A stretch of 64,000 nucleotides of DNA. It comes from Laetmonice hystrix. Taxonomy: Eukaryota. Where the stretch lies: contig OZ249437.1 of NCBI GenBank assembly GCA_965235115.1, positions 11,656,001 through 11,720,000 of the forward strand, in the 5' to 3' direction. Within the stretch, counting starts at the first letter, position 1. Each line of letters begins with the position of its first letter. Made by a program: the position numbers and the translations under genes. The notes under the pieces were generated by a model. It was not told the DNA's origin, did no database searches, and saw nothing but the letters and a program-made list of their open reading frames with translations. Below, one piece after another: positions 28,754 through 43,016 of this stretch.

Positions 28754-29296
28754 TGGGATCCAGTATCCAGGAGAAGGCCCTTTGGTCAGGGCGAGGCGAC
28801 CGAGGCGACCTGTGAACGGAGGTGGTTGTCCTCGGGATCGGATATTATAGTTATTCAAGAATCATTTTAGATTGTGTTGCACAAAATTATAAACTGACGG
28901 ACTAAGCCTATATCCCGACACGGAGAATCAGAATTTTTGGAAAATATAACTTGAGTGTCTTTTGTCAAACAGTACACAGTTCGTGTCCTTTCAGGTGGAT
29001 GTTCGCGAGCTACGCCTCATATTTGTCTCCGTATACAAACTACACATGTATACCTTACCCCTAGAATCAGAGGGTAGGCCTCCGAAGGCAAATCGGAGGC
29101 CAGGAATGTACAACTTGGGACAAAAAGAGTGCGAAGTTCAATTACTCTCAATCAAAAGTATTTCTCTGATTTTCCTTGAGTGATCAATGTGACGGTGTCT
29201 GTGCGGCTGTGTCATGATGAATCTCTCGGGAAGTTTTCTCGACAGGGGCGATTCCTGCAGTCGGTCTTAAAAGGAAAAACCGCGACGCTGGGGAGA

Positions 29297-29363
29297 TACG
29301 TGACGTATGACGTGACGTTTGCGGGGGGAAATGAGGACGGCGATCTTTGATGTGAGGACCAAT
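29297..29363. promoter_or_regulatory. CRE/ATF-like TGACGT triplet plus CCAAT box
   Basis: tacgTGACGTaTGACGTGACGT at 29297-29318; CCAAT 29359-29363; CpG-rich context. Confidence 0.35.
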
Positions 29364-31228
29364 CAATCGGGGCCGTCACACCTCTTGGGGGAGGAGGATC
29401 ACTGCTAAAGACTTCTCCAATCTTCATATTCGATACCGTCACACCCTCGCTTCCTGAATTCCAATTCGCCTTCTCAAAGGCACGAACTGAATGTTGTGTT
29501 TCAGTCACTGACCCGCCTCGTAAGCGGTGCCTGTGTTTACACTGGTACGGTACTTTCCCTGAGAACCGGACACCCTGATCTATCAGGGATCAGCGAGCTC
29601 GTCGTAATCCGGTATGCAGATGTGCACCCAGGCTCGCTTTCAGAGCCGGCACGCTCAGAAATTGAGGGACAGTTGAGAATATTTGCGCAGGCCAGGAGGG
29701 TAGGTCGCGACAGAAACGGGAAGAGTGGTTTGAAGGTGGCAGAAACATGTCAGCAAGTAAAGACCGTCGATATATCACTCCCCATCGCTATGGCAACGTG
29801 GAATAATCCCCACACGTGCCGTCAAATCCATCTTAACGGCGTGCATTGTGGATTGTCGCTGGCGCTTCTGGGGTTCCTTTTCCACTTTCACATTAAAGGT
29901 TCATGCCCCACGCACTCGCCGTGCGCATGCATATTTTGATGACTTGGCACCACGATATAACTGGGCAGATGGGATGGAGACTTGTGCACTGCCATGTCCA
30001 ACTAGATGGATCCTTGTCGATAGCGATGCAGATCTCCAATATGATATGAGTACCTGTCAGATAGTCATAACAGATAACAGATATCAATGCACAACTTAGG
30101 ACCGAACCCTGCAGCTGCACAATGAGGTGATGTGGAAGTGTTGCCATGAGTATATTATCTAGGCTAATAGTATTATATGATGTGATATATACTATAGGTA
30201 TTTTATTGCTTCTATTTGAAAGATAACGTTGTGCATAGAGTCCACTATAAAGAAACAATGAAGACAGACATAAAATCCTATAGCAGCTGAATTATGCAAA
30301 ATCTAATATCAGGCTTTCGGTATGTGGTACGTGGTAATGATGCAATATATTATTATAAGGTAGTTACTCCGGGTATCTAACAGCGGCCTGTTTTTAACGT
30401 GTGGTGGGGAGTGATTCCCTCGACATTTCCGTGTGACAACTTCATAAGACACTATCCTTCCTAAGTAGATCTTGACAGTTAGAAGCCCGATATGTAGACA
30501 ACCATCTCACTCCTTGGACTGTATCTGATGAGCTTCCTTTTCATCGGAGACCATTTTTTTCTGGATATAGTGAAATCTTATAACTAACCAATGACTGTAT
30601 ACCTACACGTACGTCGTCTCTGTTGAAGATCTGCCACTCATAAACCGTCCATTCTCAACGACATATATATTCATTAGTTTACACCTTATCGATTCACCTC
30701 CCCTCTCAATAACTTTTTTTAAATTAGAAATCCGCTGTTAGGGAATACGTCTTGTTTGTTCTTCGTGCTTCTTCTTTCCCTTTCTTATTTTTTTGTCTTT
30801 CTTTCTTTGATTTTTCTTGAAATCTGCAGCTGTTTCTATAGGAGCCCCGATACCCAGCGACGAATCCAAGATGGCTTCCAATCTTTGTTGACATGCGTGC
30901 CGTTATCCAGTAAATTCTGAAAGCATAAGTTAAAATTACATTAATTGGTTCCCGGACTGGTAGCCTGAAGAACGTATAGTCTACGCCTGGGTAGCTCCCA
31001 TCATCCCATGTCAGTTTTCGGGATGACTTTCATAACATTATTAGAAATGAATATATATGAATCTCAGGTCGAGCTTTCACATAGAGGAGTTAGGGATATT
31101 TCCAGGTATTGATGGCCGTGACTTATGAAAACGTTTAGACCGGGGTAACCATAGTCTGAATGCGAATGAGAGGCGATCTGATCACATGTCAGCTATGGCC
31201 GTGAGGTGCATACTCAGCAGTAGCAAAT

Positions 31229-32370
31229 AACCTAAACAAGTTTCCTTCCTTTGTAAAGAGGAAGGAACCTAACCTAAGTTTCCTTCCTTTGTAAAGAGGA
31301 AGGAATCTAACCTAAGTTTCCTTCCTTTGTAAAGAGGAAGGAACCTAACCTAAGTTTCCTTCCCCCGTAAAGAGGAAGGAACCTAACCTAAGTTTCCTTC
31401 CCCTGTAAAGAGGAAGGAACTTAACCTAAGTTTCCTTCCCCTGTAAAGAGGAAGGAGCCTAACCTAAGTTTTCTTTCCCTGTAAAGAGGAAGGAACCTAA
31501 CCTAAGTTTCCTTCCCCTGTAAAGAGGAAGGAACCTAACCTAAGTTTCCTTCCCCTGTAAAGAGGAAGGAACTTAACCTAAGTTTCCTTCCCCTGTAAAG
31601 AGGAAGGAGCCTAACCTAAGTTTCCTTCCCCTGTAAAGAGGAAGGAACCTAACCTAAGTTTCCTTCCCCTGTAAAGAGGAAGGAACTTAACCTAAGTTTC
31701 CTTCCTTTGTAAAGAGGAAGGAACCTAACCTAAGTTTCCTTCCCCTGTAAAGAGGAAGGAACTTAACCTAAGTTTCCTTCCCCTGTAAAGAGGAAGGAGC
31801 CTAACCTAAGTTTCCTTTCCCTGTAAAGAGGAAGGGGCCTAACCTAAGTTTCCTTCCCCTGTAAAGAGGAAGGAACCTAACCTAAGTTTCCTTCCTTTGT
31901 AAAGAGGAAGGAACCTAACCTAAGTTTCCTTCCCTTGTAAACAGGAAGGAACTTAACCTAAGTTTCCTTCCCCTGTAAAGAGGAAGGAGCCTAACCTAAG
32001 TTTCCTTTCCCTGTAAAGAGGAAGGAGCCTAACCTAAGTTTCCTTTCCCTGTAAAGAGGAAGGGGCCTAACCTAAGTTTCCTTCCCCTGTAAAGAGGAAG
32101 GAACCTAACCTAAGTTTCCTTCCTTTGTAAAGAGGAAGGAACCTAACCTAAGTTTCCTTCCTTTGTAAAGAGGAAGGAACTTAACCTAAGTTTCCTTCCC
32201 CTGTAAAGAGGAAGGAGCCTAACCTAAGTTTCCTTTCCCTGTAAAGAGGAAGGAGCCTAACCTAAGTTTCCTTCCCCTGTAAAGAGGAAGGAACCTAACC
32301 TAAGTTTCCTTAGAGGAAGGAGCCTGGCCTAAGTTTCCTTCCTTTGTAAAGAGGAAGGAACCTAGTCTAA
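31229..32370. repeat. 38-bp satellite (~30 copies) with internal inverted repeat
   Basis: Unit aacctaacctaagtttccttcccctgtaaagaggaagg; TTCCTTCC/GGAAGGAA self-complementary arms. Confidence 0.97.
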
Positions 32371-32942
32371 ATTTCTTCCCTCTTTACGGAGACAGATCCC
32401 ACCCAAAACAAGGTGGAGCCTTTCAATATCAAGATCTTTCTTGTCGGAAATCTCAATGTTGGCCTTTAGAGTTATAATACAAGTAAAAATGCTTCATGTG
32501 CACATTCAAAGTCGCTGATGTCATCCTCCCCCACTGAACCCCATAAAACGATACCTGTAACACGAGGCGTTAATGTCTACCTCGGGCTGTTCTCGGATAG
32601 GTAGGACAAACAATGGCACTCTTTCCAAAAAAATATGCGTAGGCCTAGTTGTATAAATGTGAGCCACATTATAGCTGACTTGGTTATATAGGTAGATATG
32701 AATCCGACAGGGATCAAATGTTCGAATCAGGTAGAATTGGCCGGCGTTGCAATTTCCAATATTTAGGTCAACTTTGAAAAGCGGATTGTCCGTATCAAAT
32801 TTCTAGACACACATGGCGGTTAGCACTCCTCTCACCAGAAACATTCTGTGGGAAAATGTCTCAAACACGGATTTTTACTTCTCTTTTGATGCTGCGACAA
32901 ATCATCAAAGGTGAATGGGGGAAAAAAGAAAGAAGAAATATA

Positions 32943-33200
32943 TCGGGTGGGCCAAAAAAATTTGGAACACTCTTTTCTTGACTGTAATTTCTATAATTTT
33001 TACCCCAATGTCATAATATTTGGAACATGATATCATCTGGTTATTTGGGGTTTGTGGTACAAATTTCAGATAAATGGGTCAAAACGTCTAAAATAGGGCC
33101 ATTTCTAAAAATCCGTGTCAAATATATTGTGACATTGGGGTAAAAATGATAGAAGTTACAGTCAAGAAAAGAGTGTTCCAAAGGTTTTAGGCCCATCCGA
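32943..33200. mobile_element. MITE, Tc1/mariner-type (~78-bp TIRs, TA flanks)
   Basis: tcgggtgggccaaaaaaatttggaacactcttttcttgactgtaa... matches the reverse complement of the right end; TA on both sides. Confidence 0.8.
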
Positions 33201-33420
33201 TATATACCATTTTGCATGAGAAATTGTAGTGTTGTGAAATGGCCTAGTAATAGATGGAACAAGGTCATCCTTTTGCGACATGTTATAATGTTAGTACTGT
33301 TGTCCGAATGGAGAGGTGAGGCGTCTCTGATTATTGGATTGGCCTGGTTTACATAATCAGAGACAGAATGACAAGGCTATCAGCAGGTAAGACGTAACCC
33401 ATGGGTATTTGGGGAACAAC

Positions 33421-33546
33421 ATTGGTGAAATCGTAGAGATTGAACTTTGGTGAAATCGTAGAGATTGAACATTGGTGAAATCGTAGAGATTGAACATTGG
33501 TGAAATCGTAGAGATTGAACATTGGTGAAATCGTAGAGATTGAACT
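33421..33546. repeat. 25-bp minisatellite, 5 copies
   Basis: ttggtgaaatcgtagagattgaac(a/t). Confidence 0.95.
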
Positions 33547-35724
33547 TTCACTGCTCACGTGTCACGCAGGAAACGTGTAGGGTACAGAATAATTTGGTTT
33601 CGTCCCTGGCTGAGACATAATCATTATGCCACATTTTTATATTGAAAAAAAATCGATATTTTCACGATAAGGGCCGAATGCTCCTTTAAGAGGCAGCAGT
33701 AGCTTAGTTGAGTTGGATGGATCATATCGTGTTTGATCGCAGTAATGATCAATCTGTCACAACCTCTCCAGCCACAAACCCGTGGGCGGGTGATTTGAGG
33801 GGGCGTGAAGGGGCCGGTTGGAACCTCACTTTGGATAAACCCACCCACCTACGTCACCCCAATCCACACAGTAAGACATCAACGAATATAGAAAATGTCA
33901 AGGCCCATGTCAGTTCAGGCGGAGAGTTGTTGACAAATCCTACCAAGTGGTCGCGACGACGACATGTCTGAAGGTAATCAGTTGGGGTCTTGTGTAGACT
34001 TTTCTTTCTAATTTTGTATCCGTTGAAAGGCCCACGTTTCTCCTTCTGTTTCTCCCAAAAATTGTACAGCTGGAATTATGTTTCGAGAAGGTGCCCAGGA
34101 CCTGTTTTTCATGAACGAACTGAAGTTTTTTTTAACCAGGCCCAGCGGTCGGCCGTACTCAGTGTGTGTGTGTCTGGCCTGGGTGGGTCAGCTGTGTGGG
34201 GCGTCCAGACACGGTATGTGGGCGGGTTAAAGTGATGGGGGTAGACCTACCTGAAAGGTTACCGGGGTATTTCTAGGGATACAGACCCCGCCGGGGAACG
34301 ACCCCCCTCCCCCCCCTGCACCCCACCCCATTCCATCAGACCATTCTAGTTCACCCCTCCGGAGGGCAAGTACATGACTTTGTTAGTGGTGGCGAGTTTG
34401 AAAAGGTCAAACTGCGGAACTTTACATGTTCCAACCCCCAACCAAACATAACGCTATAAATCGTCCCCTAAACATGGGTATATGAAGGCTGACTTGTGTT
34501 CCCTCGGAAATAATGACCCAATTACCAATTACACCGCAAGCAAATTATTATTGGGGAGGTGGACAAGAGGCCTTGATTTCAACGGGGTGCGGGAAAACAT
34601 GCATGCGAGATCACAGATTATTGGGGGGAGGGGCGATACCCCATCCGGATTATTGGGAGGGGGGACCTCTACCCCCCCCCCCCCCCCGCTTCCGAAGCCT
34701 ATGCCAATAACACAGAAGGTTCTTGTTGAGGATTAAAAAAGGCCTTTTCTGCGTACCTTGTAGGCATCTGCGTCCATGGATCAAAAAGGCGTCCAAAATG
34801 ACTGTTTGGTGCATTACCTTATCACTTTCCAACTAAATTTGGTTAGAACAACGATACTTTGAATGGGGGGTGGGGGGGGGGGGGGAATCAAGGTACAGGT
34901 TCTTCTCTCATTCATCAGCCGGCCTGTTAGATACACCACGTATAGGCACGTGTTCAGAATGAAGGCAGCAGTTGTCTTTCGCCGCAGGGGGTGGGGGTGG
35001 GGGGTTCATATACTTTTCCTGCACACCCGTCAAGAATACAACTTACGGCACACCGATATCCAGGCCACTGTATGGGAGCACTACGATTTGTCATAACGTA
35101 CGCTGATGGCATGGTTTTTAAAGATGAAGGAAACAGATGAAGATTGATGCAGGGAGTCAGGGACTACGACTCTATACACCCCCGCTAAAGTCCAAAAGAT
35201 GTAGGTATAGACGTGGGGTTCACCCTTAGCTCGTGTAAGGGAATCCTTGTTCAGCCCATGGGGAGGGGAGGGTCTGCAAATTTTAGGTTTGTTGGACATC
35301 TGTTTAAAATTATCACAAGTAGGCGTTCATGACCCGGGTCTCCTGAACATCGACATTACGGGAAGATATAGAAAAGGGTAATTTTTATTGTTTTAAATGA
35401 CGAATGGTTGCCACTTTGTCTCCTCCGTCAGGCCCGTCGTGGGAGGTTATTTTTTCACAGATGCTGGGCTGCACTCTGATGTTTTACTAATCTTGAACTT
35501 AAAGAAGCCACAGAAGAAAATACAACAAATGTCTAAAATGTATGCCGGGGAAGAACTTTGGAGCTCTGAATGTCAGACGGGCCCCTTTATTGATGTTCCA
35601 AGGCTATACATTAATGCAATCCTGCCTTTTGTATTGCTGACATATTTCCGCATTCATTTACATGTAGGGGCCTACATCAATATTTTGAACATAAATTTAA
35701 ATATATAAAATATGGGGACAAAAA

Positions 35725-37257
35725 GGTATGGTACTACATGTTTACCTGCCTTAGGTATGATACTACATGTCTATACCTCTCCCCAGTACAGTACTACATG
35801 CCTACCTGCCCGTGGGTATGGTACTACATGTCTGTACCTCTCCCCAGTACAGTACTACATGCCTACCTGCCCGTAGGTATGGTACTACATGTTTACCTGC
35901 CCGTAGGTATGGTACTACATGTCTGTACCTCTCCCCAGTACAGTACTACATGTTTACCTGCCCGTAGGTATGGTACTACATGTCTGTACCTCTCCCCAGT
36001 ACAGTACTACATGCCTACCTGCCCGTAGGTATGGTACTACATGTCTGTACCTCTCCCCAGTACAGTACTACATGTCTACCTGCCCGTGGGTATGGTACTA
36101 CATGCCTACCTGCCCGTGGGTATGGTACTACATGTCTGTACCTCTCCCCAGTACGGTACTACATGTCTACCTGCCCGTGGGTATGGTACTACATGCCTAC
36201 CTGCCCGTGGGTATGGTACTACATGTCTACCTGCCCGTGGGTATGGTACTACATGTCTGTACCTCTCCCCAGTACAGTACTACATGTCTACCTGCCCGTA
36301 GGTATGGTACTACATGTTTACCTGCCAGTAGGTATGGTACTTCATGTCTGTACCTCTCCCCAATACAGTACTACATGCCTACCTGCCCGTAGGTATGGTA
36401 CTACATGTTTACCTGCCCGTTGGTATGGTACTACATGTTTACCTGACCGTGGGTATGGTACTACATGTCTGTACTTCTCCCCAGTACAGTACTACATGAC
36501 CTGCCCGTAGGTATGGTACTACATGCCTACCTGCCCGTGGGTATGGTACTACATGTCTATACCTCTCCCCAGTACGGTACTACATGTCTACCTGCCCGTG
36601 GGTACGGTACTACATGTCTGTACCTCTCCCCAGTACAGTACTACATGCCTACCTGCCCGTGGGTATGGTACTACATGTCTGTACCTCTCCCCACTACAGT
36701 ACTACACGTTTACCTGCCCGTGGGTATGGTACTACATGTCTGTACCTCTCCCCAGTAACGGTACCACATGCCTACCTGCCCGTGGGTGTGGTACTACATG
36801 TCTACCTGCCCGTAGGTATGGTACTACATGTCTGTACCTCTCCCCAGTAACGGTACCACATGCCTACCTGCCCGTGGGTGTGGTACTACATGTCTACCTG
36901 CCCGTGGGTACTACATGTCTGTACTTCTCCCCAGTACAGTACTACATGTCTACCTGCCCGTGGGTATCGTACTACATGTCTGTACCTCTCCCCAGTACAG
37001 TACTATACATGCCTACCTGACCGTGGGTATGGTACTACATGTCTGTACTTCTCCCCAGTACAGTACTACATGTGTACCTGCCCGTGGGTGTGGTACTACA
37101 TGTCTACCTGCCCGTAGGTATGGTACTACATGTCTGTACCTCTCCCCAGTAACGGTACCACATGCCTACCTGCCCGTGGGTGTGGTACTACATGCATATT
37201 CCCCCCTAAGAGCGCGCTACTATATGCCTAACTCCCAAAGTACGGTACTACATGCCT
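35725..37257. repeat. Two-subunit 30/31-bp minisatellite (~50 units)
   Basis: Shared core tactacatgtct followed by acctgcccgtgggtatgg or gtacctctccccagtacag. Confidence 0.97.
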
Positions 37258-40200
37258 AAATCCCCCGGACCTGTTGGTCCATATAGGTTCGCCACTACAT
37301 TACTGTCCTCCGACTCATCCAGTATGGTGTGTGCTACATGACGTCCCTCCAAACAATGAAAGGAGCGCAGACGTGCGTCTGACGACCATCATAAAGGTAT
37401 CATGAATAAATCAACGACCTCTCTGTGAAACAGGAGGGAGGTTGACGGATCGTGTTTAGTGGGAACCAACATCACGGCACGTACCGGCATATAACCATAA
37501 TATGGCGGCAGTGTGGGCCGTGTGGCAGCCGCCCTGGCGACTGATTGCGGATAGGTCACGTTTGCTGTATACAGGTCCCCGGGAGACATACTGCTAAATT
37601 AATTGAAGGTCTGCCTGATGCATAACAACCCCTCTGACTGCCCCAACTCTCCTGGAAGGAAAGTGGGAGGGGTTAAATGCTAACTGATGTATGGAGAGTA
37701 TATTAAAGTACACGTTGCCATTGAATTGACGGTCCATTGACCTTATAATGATATTCTTATGTCTTTCACATACAAAGCCACTGTTACCTGGTTTTCCCCA
37801 TTGAATGGAGAGTAGGGCCTACTTAATATGTACACTGATTTACACTGCTCCCTGGCGAAATATACGAGTTATCCTTCACCTAATAATCCCACGCAAGCCG
37901 TAAAAATGCTCCCAGATAGGTTTTGGGTATTTTGAAGGGCCAGTGGTTCTGGTAGAACTATACGGCCCGGTTTTAAAAAGCTTTGATTGAATGTGGTTCT
38001 GCTCCTCATTAACCGCTCACCTTCTTATGGTCGGAGAAATTACGGCTCACGCAAATAAAGGTGAACGGATAAACGTCTCCTTGCGACATCATGCGATGGC
38101 ATGTTTCATGATAGGCTGCCATGATCATGGCAGACTTTTTGATAACCCTGGCGCCGGGCAAACGGGTTGAGTCACCTGTCTGCGGTTCACCATTGGTCAC
38201 AGCTCATGTGGGTATATACGGGGTTCTGTACTGACAGGTCATATCAGGTAATCTGTCCAAGCAATTGTATTAAACGTGAAAGTAGGCTTCCAGAGGCTTT
38301 AACTTAGCGGAGAAACATTTTAATGCGTCATTATTGTGTAAACACGATTTCTATCTTAGGTAACGTTCGCTGTATTCAGCTAACCATTACCGCAACAATG
38401 TTAGGGTCTTTTTGGCGCTAATGCGTGCCTACTCGAAGTTCTTACAACACGAGTCTTATTGAACGCAGCGGGATGGAGCATTGCGGGGCCATCAACGGCC
38501 GTTCGGTAGAACTCGCGTGAGAGAAACCGTAATCCGCCACCCCGTTCACCGTGACCCCCGGAGGGTGGGGGTGGGGTGTGGGTATACGGGGGTCGCCCCC
38601 AAGGTGAGCACCATCCGACTCGGCGTGGTTCAAAGTGTCAGCATCTTACCTATGGGGGGTAGGTTTCATCCGCCCACCCACCAGACTCGAGTATGCCGCT
38701 ACACAAATATTTGGTTTTCTTCACTGGCGGCTCTCTGGAATCTGCAACGGTGTAACACAAGGTACGTCTATCAGCGACGTGAAGTGGGGGAAGCCAAGGG
38801 TCATGAGGAGATGGGAAATGGGGGAGGAGGAGGAGGTGGAGGAGAAGGAGGAGGAGGAGGAGGAAGGGAAGAGGCGGGAGGGAGGGAAGGAGGGAGGTAG
38901 CAACCAAAGGCAATAAGAACCTGTAGGCATCAGACCTGCTGGAGGGACGTTAAACTCGATGGTTAACATCAAAGATGTCTTCTAAAAAGTCTGCTACCGT
39001 GTACCAATCTTAATAACCCCTACAAATCCCGTCTTATGTTTGTTTAATGTTTGTTTAATGGTTTGTTTGAAGGATCCTGGTCAGTTTACAGAGGGCAGTT
39101 CGCTGTAAAAATGTTATGTGGCCTCCATGTGTGGGTTGGACGAGAAATGTAAAGTCATAGGGCCTAAGTCGAGGAATATAGTGTATGGTTGCCTTCCGTT
39201 TGTAAATAGAAACAGATGATGAAAAATGACTGTTCTATAACATTGACAGTGCTTTACATAACGCACGCCGCGGCCTTTACAGGCGGTCTCATTGATAATA
39301 CTGGACCCAAATTTGGTAAACTCGCAATGTCGCCCAACAATATAATGTTCTTAATCGTTCTCGAAGGTTTGGTGGCCGGCTTTTTCCAAGACTGTTTTAT
39401 AGTGTTTTCCCACTACAACTATTTAGCGACCTTTTCCACGTCGGCACTGGAAATGGAAAGATTTACACGAACCAAGAAAAAGTAGTAGAAGAAGAATTTT
39501 GGCCTGGCTAATCTGTCATTCTATTGACAGAAAACTATGCATCCATGGTAAACTTTATATTCATAACCTTACGTGTAAAAATGAGATATTAGGAATACAT
39601 GTTTGAAGTTATGTGATTCAATCATGTTGTTTCATAGTCTAATGCATAATATCCGGTAATATTATTATCACTTTTGAAAACATGCTCAATGTCCGTATAT
39701 ACCATAACGACGTCTGTCGTGCGTGCTTTCAGCTGTTTCCCACTCATACCTGGACGTATTCCGCCTGCCTGTCAACTCACAGGCTAATACGTCCTCACCT
39801 GCACGACGTCGTTTGATCCACTAATGAGGACGTATATCTTGCTTTAGATCGTCTCTACATCTCAGCGCCATACGATCGGCATTGGTCCCGTCAGCCTGGG
39901 AGCTGCTGCGGCGGTACCCGCAGGAAAACGACCTCATTAAGTGGCGTGTAACGGCAGTCGAGGTTTATATCAATATTTGTACAGTATCGGGTATTCCCGT
40001 TTTACAAGCAGTCCTCGGTCTGAGAAAAGAAGACTCCTCACCCTCCTTTACCAGCGACCAGAACATCGGGATCATATCTCACGAACTAATCAGCCTGATG
40101 TACGCATTCCAGGTCGGGGATTGCTGATTTGAACAGTGTCCCCGCCTGCAGTATCGCCTCCTGGTTAGAAATCTATAATATGAATTGCGCTTACACGAAT

Positions 40201-42314
40201 CACCCGGCACAGGTGGTAGAGTTGTTATTTAGAAAAGACACGATAAAATAAATTGGCTTTTCAGCTATAGGTCAAGTTAGTATTTGCAATGGCTACACCA
40301 AGTCCCACGTCAGTACATAGCAGACGTCAGTACAACCCTGTAACTTATGCATGATATTCTGTTAATTGTTCAGTACGATAGGTCTATTACAGGATACCAG
40401 AGTCTGCTTGTGTATATTTTTATCAGCGTTCAGCGTACATAGCTGTCGCTTTACGATCGAGCAGTTCAACGTGGTCGGACAAAACGTCCCATCCTCAGAA
40501 ATCAAAACTGTTCGGCTTCAATTATGTTTAATGGGCACTTATCTCCCTCCTTCCAACTGGGCAACGATTGCCATCAGATTGTAATGTGCGATGCCGAGGG
40601 ACGATCGCCAATCGCAGCTAAGACTAGGCACCTAATGGCACTAGTCTCAATGTTTACGTCATTAAGCACGCCACTTTAAGCGTCATCCGACGTTTTTTCA
40701 CACGAATGGCCAACACGCTATCAGACAGGGGGTATATTCGACTGGCAAGTAATCATATTTTGGAAGATAACAATGGTGAAGAATTGCTTATTTACACACC
40801 CGCCTAATATAAAACGGCATTACGTCTGATGCGTGGGGACGCTCTATGCAGACTCTTCGCTTAATGAGGGCAAAAAGTGGGGCGGCTCCGGTGGGTACTC
40901 TGGTCGTCTCAATATGTCGACGTGGGCCCGCTTTTAACGTGCTAGAACTCAGTCAGCTTTGAGGATGCAGCCTGAAGTGCGTTTGGGCGAGAACAGCCCT
41001 CCTCAATCAGCATCTTTAGTATATAGACATTGCAGCTCTGTCAAGGCGGACGGATCTCACGGCAAGAGCGACATCTTCTACAGGTTTTACCGTCCGGATT
41101 TGTTACATTCAATTTGATAACGTACACGCGCGAAACTCGGAACGACCTGATTCAGCCGTCTCTGAATAGGCGCCCAACTGTAATGTCAGACAATATTTAG
41201 AAGCGACAAATACGTTAGATCTATCTAACAAAGTGAAATAAGATAAACATGAGATATCTCGGTCACCGACATCTTTCAATAACATTCAGAGATAGCGTAA
41301 CGAATCTGACAAAAGCTTTATTGACGAGATAAGAACAATGTTGCCATTTTGTTTCGTATGATACTCGATTCATGTCGGCCTACAAGTGTTGGTCTTCTTA
41401 CTGACCGCCAGATGCGGGAGGATTATAGTGAGGAAGTATGTCTAATTGTATGCGTGGTTCTCATTGTCCTCATGCAATTATATATTTGTGAATCGAATTA
41501 ACGTGCCAAATGTACGCTAATGAAGCTATCGTGATGATATAAGCGGACAACGCCCTTGTGTCCAGTCTCCGCACCTGTCCACAATACTTCAGATGGACAG
41601 GCTATACTGGGTTACTACTAAACATATGTCAGTGACATTCTCCATTCCCTGAGGACCCCCCCCCCCCCATTCCCACCTTCTCCACAAGGTCCTCCTACTT
41701 CACTGCTCCATCTACAAGACCAGTCAATACAATGGTCTGTCCAGACGTTACCATTGTAATATCGACCATCGCGCGCCACCATTACCAACAATGTTTCTAA
41801 TGCTCCACCCTTACCCCAGGACCTGTAATCCCTCCCAACCTTACTGCTCAGTGGTCTGCCATGGCACCTTCACATGCCTGCAATCGTCGGTAGGCGCCTC
41901 AACGTCCACTGAGCAATAACGATTTGGCTTGAATGAAACAATGGTGGGCCATGGGGAGGGCCCGCTCTTCAGGTCATAGTTGATTAGATGTCGGCAAGGC
42001 GCGCTCGGGAAAGGTCAAGTGCTCCGGGCCGTCAGGGGGTCTGACAGATGCTGGGGTGTGGCAACGGGAGAATGGGGTGGGGGTGGGGGTGGGGGAGTGC
42101 AGGGGCGGCAGGCTGACCCCCGTCCACACTTGAAACACGCGACATATGGTCAAAATAGGCCAGCGGAGGCAATCCGCGGGTTACGTCATTATAACGTTAG
42201 TTTTTCTTTCTTTTCTCACTGATTTATCCTGATGCCCATAGATAAAACAGCGATTCTTTGTGTGAAGCGCCGAACCATAACCTTTGAGAATCGTCGCAAC
42301 GTCCAGAGCGTTAA

Positions 42315-42667
42315 AGCGGCATGGTAAATTCCTCAAAATGTTACTTTAATATCCTCACAAACACCATTTTATAATTTCATGTTTGAACGATGAATGAACG
42401 TGTAGAGAAATGAAGTTATAACTGGCCGTCCCATTACCGTTCGGACCGAACGCTTTCTGCGAGGTGAGGCTCGTATAGGGGATTCCCCTACATCTGACAA
42501 ATGCACACAGTACTTTTGGTATGGTTGTATTTAGGGCAATTAACGTTCGGTCCGAACGGTAACGAGACGGTAATTTCATGTTTCTATACTTTCACTCATT
42601 GTTCAAACATGTTGACATGGTGTTGCTGAGGATAAAAGGTAATTTTTTAGGAATTTAACATGCCGCT
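42315..42667. mobile_element. MITE with long imperfect TIRs and TTAA target duplication (Kolobok-like, AG...CT termini)
   Basis: TTAA|agcggcatggtaaattcct ... aggaatttaacatgccgct|TTAA; inner ttaccgttcggaccgaacg also inverted. Confidence 0.75.
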
Positions 42668-42939
42668 TTAAGTATAATAACCATTAGATTTACAATACAT
42701 GTTATACAGTACAGGCCGTCCTTATTTTCAAAAGAGGTAGCTGGAATTGTAAATATCCCCAAAATAAAGTGATATTGCACACAGAAGAATAGAGCTACCG
42801 TTTACATGGGTGACATCAAGGGCGGATGCGTAAAAGGTCGAGGGGGAGTCAAGGAGTAGACAACTGCAGGGCTTGGAACACTCGGTCATTTTCTGGTCTA
42901 CACGCACTAGAGGCCGAAATCGGGCATGTACCCCATATA

Positions 42940-43016
42940 CAGAGTGTCCCAAAAGTTACTGTACACTGGAATACATGATAATAAATTTACTGTACAGTAA
43001 CTTTTGGGACACCCTG
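42940..43016. mobile_element. 77-bp mini-MITE (TIRs only), same family as 45015-45264
   Basis: cagagtgtcccaaaagttactgtaca / tgtacagtaacttttgggacaccctg, ~26-bp inverted arms; TA left, TG right. Confidence 0.7.

Noticed and set aside
29496-29939. 147-aa ORF downstream of the promoter cluster
   Set aside because: Non-ATG start, no recognisable domain, no consistent splice sites.
31229-32370. CRISPR-like palindromic repeats
   Set aside because: No unique spacers, no cas genes, eukaryotic context; it is a plain satellite.
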